Shown piece by piece: positions 53,301 through 64,000 of a stretch of DNA of 64,000 bases; position 1 is the stretch's first letter; each line of letters begins with the position of its first letter. The translations under genes were made by a program, and so were the position numbers. The notes beneath the pieces are model-generated. The model did not search any database. It was not told the DNA's origin and worked only from the letters and a program-made list of their open reading frames with translations. Origin of the DNA: Chrysemys picta bellii (lineage: Eukaryota); contig NC_088794.1 in NCBI RefSeq assembly GCF_011386835.1, positions 9,796,001-9,860,000 on the forward strand, in the 5' to 3' direction.

Positions 53301-56300
53301 CCTTGTCGTAATGCAAGGAACAAGGGCATTCAATGACATAGGAATGTGGCACATCAGGCTCGCTGCTTTTAACTCCAGGAATCTTTGGTAAAGGGAAATA
53401 CTTTTTTACGCAATTAGCTTGTGGAAATCACTGCCCTGGGATATCACTGAGGCCAAGACCTTAGCTGGATACAGAAAAGGATCAGATAGTTAACAGGATT
53501 CCTTTCATCCAGCCAGAACCAGTTCTTACTATTTAATATTTACTATTCTATCTGCCATGGGGCAGGCTCTCCCATAACTGCTGCTGCAGAGTATTTTGCA
53601 CCTTCTTTTGAAGTAGATGCTGCATATTTTAAGCATGCAAAAATCAGGTAGTGTCACAGTTGGGGGGGTGGAGGGGTATTGGCTTTTGCTGCTGTATGAT
53701 GTGTAAAGAAAGCTGTACTGTGGTGGTGGTTTGATCTGCTTGTGTGACTCATGTTAGATATTCAGATCTCGTCTTCCATTTTTCTCCTGTAAGACTCTCT
53801 GACCCCTGGGACAGTCCATAGGCTTGTGACATCACCAAAAAAGTGAATCCTCAGCTGTGGGGCTTGGAAGGGAAGCTCAGAGCATGTCTACACATGAAAG
53901 TCAACCTGGAAGAAGCTGGCATGTGAATCAAAAGCGGATTAACTCTTCCTGATTAACTGCCTGTGTGAATGCCTTTATTCCAGAACAAGAGTGCCTTGTT
54001 CTGAGTTAGTTTAATCCACACGGGAAGTGGATTAAACTGATTTGGAGTAAGAGCATCGACACATAGAACAGCTATTCTGGAATACCACCCTGTGTAGACA
54101 AGGCCTTAGTCAGCAGGGTTAAACATCTGGATTTTGTCTCATGCCAATGCCTGGCATACAGCTGGGAGAGAAGATATTTTATGAAGCCATAACTGTCAAA
54201 CGGTTGCATGAAGGACCCAGGAATCTCCCACTTCTCTGGTCCAACAAGGAGTTCTCTAGGCCAGGATTGATACTGCAGGTGGCTTGAGGCAAATGGAGAG
54301 ATGCTTGTAGCTGAGACTTGACGTGAGAGAGAAGTTGGTGATGCAGATGATGGGGGATGTGGGGGAAGCTCTGACATTGACCCTTTTGTGAGGAGCTGGT
54401 GCCAGACAAGTGGAGGAAGCAGGGGAGGCAGAAGATAGCTGGGCTGGGTGGGTTCCCTGGCCTGTGCTATGCAGGAGGCCAGACACGGATGGTCTGAGTG
54501 AGACAGCAGGCCAGTAGGGAGGCTGGAGTGGTGTTGAGAAGGCGCTAGAGAGCAGGGTGACTTGTTGGGATCTGGAGGGAAGGCGAGTGAGCTGCGTGCA
54601 CGGAGGTACCCATGCTGCTTTGTGCCCAGAGGAAGGCAGCTGCAGCATGCTAGAGCAGGGGTTTGGGGTGGTGGGCCGATCTGTAGACCCAAAGCGGGGG
54701 GAGCAGAGAATTAAGCGTCACAGACGATGCCCAGGTTCTGGGCAGTGGAGCAAGTGTAGGCCGGGAGTAGGAGGAGGGGCAGTGGAGATGGGGTTGTGGG
54801 GCGGAGGCAGCTCTTGCCCAAGATAGGCTTTTGTTCCTTTGCAACACTTGGCTGCAGGAAGCTGAGGTCAGCTCCTGTGGCCAAGGCCAGCAGGGTGTGC
54901 GGGGAGAGGAGCCCGTGGTGCTGCTGGGAGCCGGGGGTTAATGCTCCCAGTACCTGGCAGAACTCGGTCAGTGGCACTCTGCCCATGGCACAGCTGGCAA
55001 GTGGGGTTGCACAGGGAGAGGGCGAGAGCCCTGGTCTCCTCCCAGCCCTGCGCCCAGCCTCTCCGCCCCAGGAAGGTGGCGAGAGCTGAAAATGGAACTG
55101 AGCCCTCCATGGAGTGGGAACACTATAGGGAAGGGCCATAGTGTCAAAGGCTGCATTGAGCCCAAAGGAAGGGGGAAGGGCAATCCCTGCAGAAGCCCTG
55201 GTACCATGGTGATAGCGCGAGTGTAGGAGCCCAGCTAGACAAGCTTGGAGGGGTTGGCGGGGCGTGCGCTGTGGGTCTAGCAGCGAGGCACAGCCTGGGT
55301 GCTATGATATAGGCAGGGGGTCGATAGATCGCTGGGACATTGGAGCAAAGGGAGGAAGCAGCAGATTCTCCCCCTCTGGTTTGTGGTGGCAGCGAATGGC
55401 ACAGGCCAGATATCACTGAACAGTACCAGGGCTAGAGCCCTGCCCCAACTGAAGCCCAGCAGATCCAATCCACTACCCCACCCACCCTGCACAACAGGGG
55501 GAAGGAACACCATGTGCCATGAGTGGGATATTGCGGCCTCTCTAGCATTGCTGCAGCCCACAGCAGGGTTGGGAGGGGCCTGTGTGCTGGATGGTGCTGG
55601 CCACAGGGCACTGGGTCGGGAATAGGGATGCTATTTCCTGGGTGACCTCCCGTCTCCTTTCCCATTTCTTTCAGCCACGAGTGTCCCATCGCCATCCGGA
55701 TCTGTCCCTGGAGCCTCTGCCCCCTTCCGGCCCCTCTTCAACGACTTTGGCCCCCCGTCCATGGGCTACGTGCAGGTGAGCCACTGCCCCCACCTCTGCT
55801 GCCTGGCCCTGCATGGCCTGGGGAGGGCTGGCTCCCTCATGCTCTCTCTGCCCCTTGCAGGCCATGAAGCCACCAGGTTCCCAGGGCTCCCAGAGCACGT
55901 ACACTGACCTACTCTCAGTCATTGAGGAGATGGGCAAAGAGATTCGACCCACCTATGCAGGTAGCAAGAGTGCCATGGAGCGGCTGAAACGAGGTACGAG
56001 GCGCTGGGTGTGACTGACTCAGTGACCCAACCTGAATGTCTGAGCCATCTGCTGAGAGCCTGAGCTACCCCGGGTGTGACTGATGCGGCCTGAGTCTTCA
56101 GAGAGCCTGAGGCCATTTCTGGGGGAGAGGGAAGGAGCTGCCCCAGGTGTGATCAGTGCAGTGATGCTGACTGAGGCTGCAGAGAGGTTGCTGGGCCGTG
56201 CGGGGCAAGTCTAAACCCATTGCTGGTGCTGGGGGTGGGGAGTTGCCCTGGGGGTGGCCGACGCTGCCTGAAACTGCAGCGAGCCTGAGTCCATCACAGG

Positions 56301-57017
56301 GAGGGGACCACGGGCTGCCCCGGGCATCTCAGTGGCAGTTCTTGCCAAACCCCAGGAGGACAATTGCCCTGTCAGCGTTGTTTTCTGCCAGTGGCATTGG
56401 CAACCCCATCCCGTGAGTGTGTATCCATCGCTGTCGGATGCAATGTCAGATACTGGGGTGAGGGGCTGTGGGGCAGCTAGTTTCCGGGTGGGAAGGAGGA
56501 GTTCACCCCTCTGCCCGCTGTAAGGTCCCCTCCATCCCTGCCCAACAGGGAGGCAAAGAGGAGAGACATCCCCCACAGGCTAAAGCCATGAGTGCCCTTG
56601 TGCAGCCACTTAAAGCTACAGCTCCCCACCAGTGCCTGCGGTGCTGATGGCCCAGCGCCGTGAGAGTGGAGATGAAGCCTGAGGAATTGGGATCCACTCC
56701 GTCCTTCCTGTGCTGGGGTGGGGGGGGGGGGGCCTGGCTGATGCCTCTCCCGCAAGGCTGATGCTACCCTTTCAGCCCTGCCGTTGGGCATTCTGCTCCT
56801 GGCAGTGAGCTGGTGCCAGACCTCATCGAGCTCCAAAAGTGCTTGGATCCCTGCGGTGGCCTAGGTGTGGCCCCGGCACTGTGCCCTGCTGGGCTGGGTT
56901 CGGAAGCCATTCAGCAGGTCTGAGGCTCCCTTGGGTTTTCCCCTTGCAGGCATTATCCACGCCCGGGCGCTGGTGAGAGAGTGTCTGGCAGAGACAGAGC
57001 GCAATGCCCGTACGTAA
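50251..57017 (+). CDS. CDK2AP2: Cyclin-dependent kinase 2-associated protein 2 (DOC-1R), 4 exons, 131 aa
   Basis: Exons 50251-50344, 55675-55775, 55861-55993 and 56950-57017 (sum 396 nt). Protein [10 protein letters not shown]...[84 protein letters not shown]. Confidence 0.96.
50355..51330. repeat. C-rich ~73-81-bp minisatellite at the start of CDK2AP2 intron 1
   Basis: GGAACAGCCCCTCCCCGGGAG.. units at 50388, 50469, 50544, 50617 and 50690, degenerating downstream. Confidence 0.9.
53090..53490 (+). mobile_element. Old CR1/L3 3' fragment
   Basis: GTGCAGTACTGGTC, GAACAAGGGCATTCAATGA and TTGTGGAAATCACTGCC CR1-like blocks. Confidence 0.6.
53882..54105. mobile_element. Harbinger-type MITE
   Basis: Termini GCATGTCTACAC/GTGTAGACAAGGCC. 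Confidence 0.6.
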
Positions 57018-57300
57018 CAGCTGCTGCCCTGCCCCATGGACCTTCCCACCAATGAGCATCTGAGAACCTGCAGATCTGCCCTCCCACGGACCTTCCCACC
57101 CAAGACCTGGCTCTGCCATACCCCACACAGACCTTTCAGCATTCGGCAGCTGAGGATCCGGAGCAGGTCCTGCTGGAGTGCAGCTGTTGCCGGCAGTCAG
57201 CGCTGGGGAAGCTGGCGCTTGGGCCATGCTGCAGGGATCTCCAGGGAGAGGAGCCAGTGGCTTTTCTCACATCTTTATAACGTGTTTGTTTTTATAACTC

Positions 57301-57306
57301 AATAAA
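57301..57306 (+). terminator. Polyadenylation signal of CDK2AP2
   Basis: AATAAA about 285 nt after the stop, with upstream U-rich and downstream GU-rich sequence. Confidence 0.8.
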
Positions 57307-58324
57307 AGAAAGCGTTGGGATTCTGACCTGCCTCTGGCCCTTGTGGTTTGTGCTGCTCCCGGTGACGAGGAAGGAGCTGGCCCCTCCCACGGCACATTCC
57401 TGGGGCCTCCCAGGGCCTTGGAAGCAGCAGCAGCTCGTAGGAGGGAGGCTGCCTTGCACCGGGGGCAGGATGCTGAATGCCCTGGGCTATCTGGAGAAAG
57501 CCCACAGCACCTGGAGCCTGGAACTGCATCACGCGGAGCCATGTCACCTGCTACATTCCCCAGCTGGTGGCTGGGAGTGTGCCTGGGGCATATGGCTCAG
57601 TCGCCGAGGCTGATGGGAGAGCAGCATGGTGGTGCTGGGTTTGCATCTGGGAGGGGCTGTGCTGGCCCTACTCTAGTCGCACCTGCACTGCTCGACCCCC
57701 TGCGTGCTGAGCGTGTGTTCTGCCTGCACCGCCGCCTGGCCCTGCCTCCCCACTGCCTTAGCCAAGCATCCTGCTCGCTCAGCATGACCAGCCAGCTGGC
57801 AGTGTGAGTGGGTCCAGCACTCAAGTCTGGCCTCATCCTTGGAGCCCTGCAGGGTTAGAATCCCAGATTCCAGTGGGGCGGAGGGGGGAACACCCGGCTG
57901 TTACTGGAGGGGGTTAGGGTGGGGTGGCAGGGCCACTACAGCTAAGGGTTAGGCTCACTCACTGGTTAACAGCCCATACTTGTAAGTGCTCTAAAATCCA
58001 TGTTCTTACCTGGATTGGCTTGAATCTTGCTGTACCCCGTGGAAGCCTGGGTTAGGGTATTGGTCCAAATTTGGAGGAGTTTGAGCAAGGCTGGGCAATG
58101 CTGGTGGCCTGTGATGATCAGGTTAGACCAGATGATCTGCCTGGTGGTTCCTTCCTCTAGGACTCTGACAAGGGCCTCCCAAGGTGGGAGTTGTTTTGAT
58201 GGAAAAATGGGTAGATGAAATGTTTTGCACAAAGTGTCTGCTTCCATGTTCAGGCCAATGGTAGTTCGAGGTGCTAGCCACCATCATGTGCTCAAAGGGG
58301 TTTCTCAGTTATTGTCTACCCTCG

Positions 58325-58670
58325 TAAGAATGACCATACTGGGTCAGACCAAAGGTCCATCTAGCCCAATATCCTGTCTTCCAATGCCAAGTGCCCCAGA
58401 GGGTGACACCCCCTGTCACCTATTCCCAGCTTCTGGCTAACAGGCTAGTGACGCTGTCCCTGCCCATCCTGGCTAATAGTCATTGATGAACCTGTCCTCC
58501 AAGAACCCTGTTATAGTCTGCCGGAGGATGTTGTGAAGGCCAAAAGAGTTCCACAGGTTGACTGTGCATTGTGTGAAGAAATGCTTCCTTTTGTTTGTTT
58601 TAAACCTGCTCCCTATTAATTTCATTTGGTGACCCCTAGCTCTTGTGTTATGAGAAGGAGTATATAAGGC
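58325..58670 (-). mobile_element. CR1 3' fragment, antisense
   Basis: GGGTCAGACCAAAGGTCCATCTAGCCC and AGTTCCACAGGTTGACTGTG..GTGAAGAA..TTTAAACCTGCT. The minus-strand translation includes [26 protein letters not shown]. Confidence 0.8.
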
Positions 58671-59487
58671 TCCCAATAAGGAGCTGACTTTAATAATCAA
58701 AGTGCTTAAAATCCCTATACCGAAGGAGATTGTCTTGAAAACTGCTGCAACAGAGCAGGGACTGGGATAGACTTTGTGGGGAAAATCTGAGGTCGTTCAG
58801 TCAAGGGGTCCTGAGATCCAGCCCTCCCCCCAAATAGCTACTTTTGTCATTTCCGGATTCTTACAGATTCTTTGGTGCCAGGTGTGGGACAGTCGGGGGC
58901 TCCGTCCCCCAGCCTGCCGTGCGCTCGGCTATTCAGTGGCACCAAGGGCCAGCTCGGGCACTGCTGAGGTACATGAGCTTGGGTCGATTTACTCGTGGCT
59001 GGTTGGCGTCTCTGCCAGCGATTGCTCCTCAGCAGCTGTGTGTGCGCCGTGTGCTCCTGCTCTGACGAATGGATCAAGAGCTGTACCAGCAGCCCATGGC
59101 CTGGGCGCTGCAGCCCTCTCCTGGATGCTGGGCGTGATAGGACACTCCCAGCCTTTGTGCCCAGGGTCTGGTCCACAGCTGGACTCTTGGGGTGGGGATG
59201 TGTTTTTGAGAAGTTCTGGCCCCCCTGCCTCATACCCATCTGCCAGGGCCATGAGGCCTGGTGGGGCTGGGATGGGTTGTGGTGCATGGAGAATGGCACC
59301 AGTGATACCAGTGCAAGAGATGCAGCCAGGACCAATTCGTTTCTGCTGGGCTCCTGCTGAGCAGGGCTAGGCATGAGGGGCTGAGTCTGAGCCGGGCACT
59401 GGGGATGGGCAGGCCCATTGCATAGCCCAGGCACCCAGGGCTGGAGCTGGGGGGAGGAAGCTGGGGATGGGCAGGCTCGATGCCTGG

Positions 59488-59698
59488 TGTCACAGATCCA
59501 CAGGATCTGCTGTATGTGCTAGCTTTTAAACAGTCCTGTGGCAGAAACCTTCAATGTGCCAGGCCCGCAAGGGGTCCCATTCATCCTCAAGTGCTGGCCA
59601 TGCAGCCTCACCGCCTCTGTGCTGGGGCCTCTGGGCTCCAGCCCTCCTGCTTCACTCTGAGAGCTCTACCCAGCGTGTCCCACTGAGCCAGACCCCAG
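59488..59698 (-). mobile_element. LTR 3'-end fragment (same family as 19672-20502)
   Basis: Begins TGTCACAGATCCACAGGATC and aligns with 690-895 and 47710-47910. Confidence 0.72.
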
Positions 59699-60479
59699 GT
59701 GGTTCTGGGCGCTGTAGAGGGCTAGAGCAACCAGATTCCTGTGGGCAGGGGGGCTTTGCTTCTGCAGCTGGGACTGGTCCCTGGCACAGGGGTGCCTAAT
59801 TACCCTATCACTGCCAGGGCAGGGCTCCTGAACCTTCCCCCCAAGCAGCTGGCATGGGGCACTGAGACAGGAAATGAGCTGGGGTGTGTGCCACAACACC
59901 GTGCCTAACAGCCGCTCGGGGCTGGAGTCAGGCGTGAGGGGCGCTAGCAGAGCTATGGCAGGGTAGCCCAGGGTTGCGATCGCGGGGTCAGGACTGAGGG
60001 GTACTGGCAGAGGTGGGGGTGGGGGCAAAGCTGAGAGCGTGGGGCCAGTCCCTGGCTGCGGAGGGAAGGATGGCGGCTGACACTTTAAGTGAGTCACACT
60101 CGTCTCCCCCGCCCCCCAACTGTTTATTCCCTTTCTGGGCTTGATGTCATTGGCCTCTGATGTCACAGCAGTTTCCGTGGCAACGAGCTGTGATGTCACA
60201 GGCAGCGAGGATAGCGTGCTGATTTCTTAAAGTGCCCCACGTGTCGGTTGCTTGGAAGGGGGGAGGGGGGTACCCTGCCCCCCCCCCCAATTCTAGGCCC
60301 CTGCGCTGAGGAGTCTCCCCCTCACAGGGAGAATCAGAATCCAGCCCAACCCGGCACCCAGGGAAGCAGCGACCGCTCCATCACCAGCAACTTAGCCCGG
60401 AACAGCTCCCCCTGCCCCCCACCCCGCTCCCTCCTCTGCCCCGCTCCAGCTTTGCCCTGCGTGCCCCCCCTTTCCTTCC

Positions 60480-60960
60480 GCCCCTCGGTCCCCGCCCCCT
60501 GCGGTTCCCGCCCCCCACAGCTTCCTCCCCTCGGTCCCCGCCCCCCTCGGCTCCCGCCCTGACCTGTCCTCCCCTGCCCCCTGCGCTTCCCCCCCCCCCC
60601 TTTCCCCTCGGGCTCGCTCCGCTCCTCCCGCCCCTCGCTCCCCCCGCACGGAGCTGGCCGCCGGAGGGGGGGCGCGCGGCGGTGACGCGGGCAGGCAGCG
60701 AGCGGAGCCGAGCCGAGCCGAGCCGAGCGCAGCGGCCGGGCTGCAGCAGCCGAGCCCCGCGAGATGCTCCACTGCGCGGCGCGGAGGGGGCCGCGCTGCA
60801 GCAGCCGCGGGACGGCGAGGGCCCGGCTGGTGCAGTGAGAGCAGCCCGCGCCGCCAGCAGGTGCGACGGGCCGCCAGGGGGCGGCTGCGACCCGGGCGGG
60901 AACGGAGCGCGGGGCCTTGGCCTCTAGGGGGCGCCGACTGCAACCTCATCGGGGGGGGGG
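60480..60960 (+). promoter_or_regulatory. CpG island and probable non-coding exon 1 of PITPNM1 (donor at 60861)
   Basis: CpG-dense, with (GAGCC)n leader repeats at ~60705-60727 and donor CAG|GTGCGA at 60860/60861. The downstream coding exon has an acceptor at 63570 with only 15 nt before the ATG. The TSS is not determinable. Confidence 0.65.
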
Positions 60961-61765
60961 CGGCATGGGGCAGGGACCTTCCCCCTCTAGGGGGCACTGC
61001 CTGCAACCTCATGGGGGGGGGGTGATGGGGCAGGGACCTTCCCCCTCTAGGGGGCACTGCCTGCAACCTCATGGGGGCGGAATGGGGCAGGGACCTTCCC
61101 CCTCTAGGGGGCACTGCCTGCAACCTCATGGGGGGGGGCGGAATGGGGCAGGGACCTTCCCCCTCTAGGGGGCACTGGCTGCAACCTCATGGGGGCGACA
61201 TGGGGCAGGGACCTTCCCCCTCTAGGGGGCACTGCCTGCAACCTCATCGGGGGGGCCGGAATGGGGCAGGGACCTTCCCCCTCCATGGGGCACTGCCTGC
61301 AACCTCATGGGGGGGCTGGAATGGGGCAGGGACCTTCCCCCTATAGGGGGCACTGCCTGCAACCTCATGGGGGGGCCGGAATGGGGCAGGGACCTTCCCC
61401 CTCTAGGGGGCACTGGCTGCAACCTCATGGGGTGGGGGAATGGGGCAGGGACCTTTTCCCCTCTATGGGGCACTGCCTGCAACCTCATGGGGGGGGGGGA
61501 ATGGGGCAGGGACCTTTCCCCTCTAGGGGGCACTGCCTGCAACCTCATGGGCGGGGGGGGGGGGGGGAGAATGGGGCAGGGACCTTTCCCCTCTAAAGGG
61601 CACTGCCTGCAACCTGACCTGGGGGCGGGGGAATGGAGAAGGGATCTTCCTCCTCTATTGGGCACTGGCTGCAACCTCAGGGGGCAGGGACCTTTCCCCT
61701 CTAGGGGGCACTGCCTGCAACCTGACCCGGGGGCGGGGGAATGGGGAAGGGATCTTTCCCCTCTA
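60925..61765. repeat. ~58-61-bp minisatellite at the start of PITPNM1 intron 1
   Basis: Unit ATGGGGCAGGGACCTTCCCCCTCTAGGGGGCACTGCCTGCAACCTCATGGGGGGG, roughly 13 copies. Confidence 0.92.
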
Positions 61766-61929
61766 GGGTATGCTGGCTCTGATCCAGGCCCAGGGCAAGG
61801 GACTGGCTGGCTCAGGGGGTAGCAAGTGGGCCACTAGGCCTATCCCCTCTAGGGGCGCTGGCTGGGAATGGTCCCGCAAGAAAAGGCTGGGTTTGTCCCA
61901 TTGCTGGGCTCTAGTCAGTAGCTGCCTGT

Positions 61930-63090
61930 GGTGAAACTGGGAGAGGGGTTCAGGCTGGGTGGGGGGTATTGGTATCCCAGACCCACGTGCTTGCTGTTGG
62001 AGGGAGAAGGATTGGCCACCCAGGTGGAGTGGAGGGGAGATTTGGTGCCCTGGCCCAGGTGCAGGGAATGTGGGGCGGGAGGTTTAATGCCCCAGGCGGA
62101 GGGGGAGTGTGTGTGTGTGTGTATGTGTGTGAGGTTTGGTGCCCCAGGCCCAGGCAGGGTCTGTGGGAGGAGGTTTGGTGCCCCTGGATCATGCAGGGAC
62201 TGAGTGGGGGAGGTTTGGTGGCCCAGGTCCAGGCAAGAGTTGATGAGGGAGGGGAGGTTTGCTGCCCTGGGCCCAGGTGGGAGTCGGGGGGGCGGGGGAG
62301 GTTTGGTGCCCAGGCTCAGGTGGGAGTTGGGGGGGAAGGGAAGGTTTGGTGCCTCAGGCAGGGGCTGCAGGGGAAGGTTTGGTGCCCTAGGCCCAGGAGA
62401 GGGTTGTGGAGCGGGAGGTTTGGTGCCCCACACAAGGGTTGTGGGAGGGAAGGTTTGGGGCCCCGGACCCAGATGAGGGTTGTGAGGAGGTTGGTGCCCC
62501 AGGAATGAGTTGTGGGGGAGAAGGTTTGGGGACCCAGGTGAGGGTTGTGTGTGTGTGTGGGAGGTTTGGTGCCCCAGGCAGGGTTTTTTTGGGGGGGTTG
62601 GTGCCCCAGGCAGGAGTTGGGAGGGGTTAGTGCCCTGGGCCCAGGCAGGGGCTATGGGGGGAGGTTAGTGCCCAGGCCCAGGTGGGGGGAATGTGGAGCG
62701 GGAGGTTTGGTGCCCTAGGCCCAGGCAGAGGTGGGCTATGTGGGGAGGAGGTTTGGTGTCCCAGGCCTGGGGGAAGGTTTGGTGCCCCAGGCCCAGGTGG
62801 GGGGAATGTGGGGAGGAGGTTTGGTGCCCCAGGCCCAGGTGGGAGGAATGTGGGGAGGAGGTTTGGTGCCCCAGGCCCAGGTCGGGGGAATGTGGGGTGG
62901 CAGGTTTAGTGCCCCAGGCCCAGGTGGGGGGAATGCGGGGCGGGAGGTTTAGTGCCCTATGCCCAGGCGGAGGTGGGCTGTGTGAGGAGGAGGTTTGGTG
63001 CCCCAGGCTCTAGCAGGGGCTGGGTGGGGAGGTTTGGTGGCCCAGGCCCAGGCGGGAGTTGTGTGGGGCAGGTTTGGTGGCCCAGGCCAT
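61930..63090. repeat. G-rich ~35-39-bp minisatellite in PITPNM1 intron 1
   Basis: GGAGGTTTGGTGCCCCAGGCCCAGGTGGGGGGAATGTGG units. Confidence 0.9.
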
Positions 63091-63585
63091 GGGGCTGTGG
63101 TGCCTGCACTGCTGTGTTCCCTTGGCTCCGGGAGCAGCCCCCCCACCAGCCTTGGGCTGCCAGTAGCATCCAGTCAGTTGGGGGGTTGGAACTGGACAGG
63201 GGCCTAACCTTGCCTGGATTGGGACCCAGGAGTCCAGACCTGTCCCTTGATATTGCAGGGCTGGGCAGGGTGTATGCGAGAGGACCTGACAGCGTGTGTG
63301 TGTGTGTGGGGTGGTGGTGGGGATGCACCCCGCCCCTCTAGCGCCCCCCCCCCTTCCCTGCGCATTGCCATGGAAACGCATCAGGCAGGATGGATTTTTA
63401 AGCAGGTCACATGGGGATTTGCTTCTGGTTCCCCATCCCCCATCTGGGGCCAAGCAGCCAGAAGGGAGGGAGGAGGGTTGGGGCAGGAGAGGAGCAGGGA
63501 GGGCCCCCTGGGGCGGTGGTCTGTGCGGGGCAGGGGCAATGGAGCTTTAACTTCTCGCCCCTGTCCGCAGGCCCCACCAGTCACC

Positions 63586-64000
63586 ATGCTCATCAAGGAG
63601 TATCACATCCTGCTGCCCATGAGCCTCGAGGAGTACCAGGTGGCCCAGCTCTATATGATTCAGGTGAGGGGAGGGGTCTGTGGGTGCAGGGCGGGGTGTC
63701 TGTCTGTCTGGGTGCAGAGCAGGGACTGGGTCTGTCTGTCTGGGAGGGTCGGCACCAGGCGGGCGGTTGGGGTGGGACTGGCGCCAGGGCCCAGGCTGGA
63801 ACCAATGGGTCAGTATCTCCCCTCCAGAAGAAGAGCCGGGAGGAATCCAGCGGGGAGGGCAGCGGGGTCGAGATTCTGGCCAACCGGCCCTACAGCGACG
63901 GCCCGGGAGGCAGCGGCCAGTACACCCACAAGATCTACCACGTGGGCTCCCACATCCCCAGCTGGTTCCGTGCCCTGTTGCCCAAGGCTGCCCTGCAGGT
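63586..64000 (+). CDS. PITPNM1: Membrane-associated phosphatidylinositol transfer protein 1 (Nir2/RdgB-alpha), 5' partial
   Basis: Coding exons 63586-63663 (MLIKEYHILLPMSLEEYQVAQLYMIQ) and 63828 to the window end (KKSREESSGEGSGVEILANRPYSDGPGGSGQYTHKIYHVGSHIPSWFRALLPKAALQV). This is the PITP domain N-terminus, and synteny with CDK2AP2 fits. Confidence 0.95.
   Translation, partial: MLIKEYHILLPMSLEEYQVAQLYMIQVRGGVCGCRAGCLSVWVQSRDWVCLSGRVGTRRAVGVGLAPGPRLEPMGQYLPSRRRAGRNPAGRAAGSRFWPTGPTATAREAAASTPTRSTTWAPTSPAGSVPCCPRLPCR

Noticed and set aside
58005-58016. U1 snRNA-like CTTACCTGG
   Set aside because: The match is only ~9 nt, with no continuation into the U1 body or Sm site.

Overview
This is a vertebrate GC-rich genomic window, most likely from a turtle, judged by a tortoise-type tRNA/CR1-tail SINE, CR1 copies ending in ATTCTATG tails and abundant hAT/Harbinger MITEs. 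It is syntenic with human 11q13.2 in inverted orientation. Hand-spliced gene models use GT-AG introns throughout: NUDT8 (+, 4 coding exons, 231 aa), NDUFV1 (-, 10 exons, 463 aa), GSTP1 (-, 7 exons, split start codon, 211 aa), CABP2 (+, 7 exons, 220 aa, plus a probable upstream caldendrin-like alternative first exon), CDK2AP2 (+, 4 exons, 131 aa) and the 5' end of PITPNM1 (+, runs off the window). Introns and intergenic DNA hold GC-rich minisatellites, which generate most of the long spurious ORFs in the ORF track. They also hold at least nine hAT-like MITEs with 8-bp TSDs, CR1 and Penelope fragments, five copies of one LTR family, and a nested LTR cluster at 25.2-32.7 kb. There is a 10-N gap at 37106-37115. 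No prokaryotic-type system is present. The most unusual observations are a ~50-nt copy of the spliced NDUFV1 exon 9/10 junction inside NDUFV1 intron 6, the caldendrin-like CABP2 exon, and tandem triplications of splice sites (GSTP1 acceptor copies disabled, CABP2 donor copies intact). Comparisons to human proteins and repeat consensuses are from memory, not from database searches.
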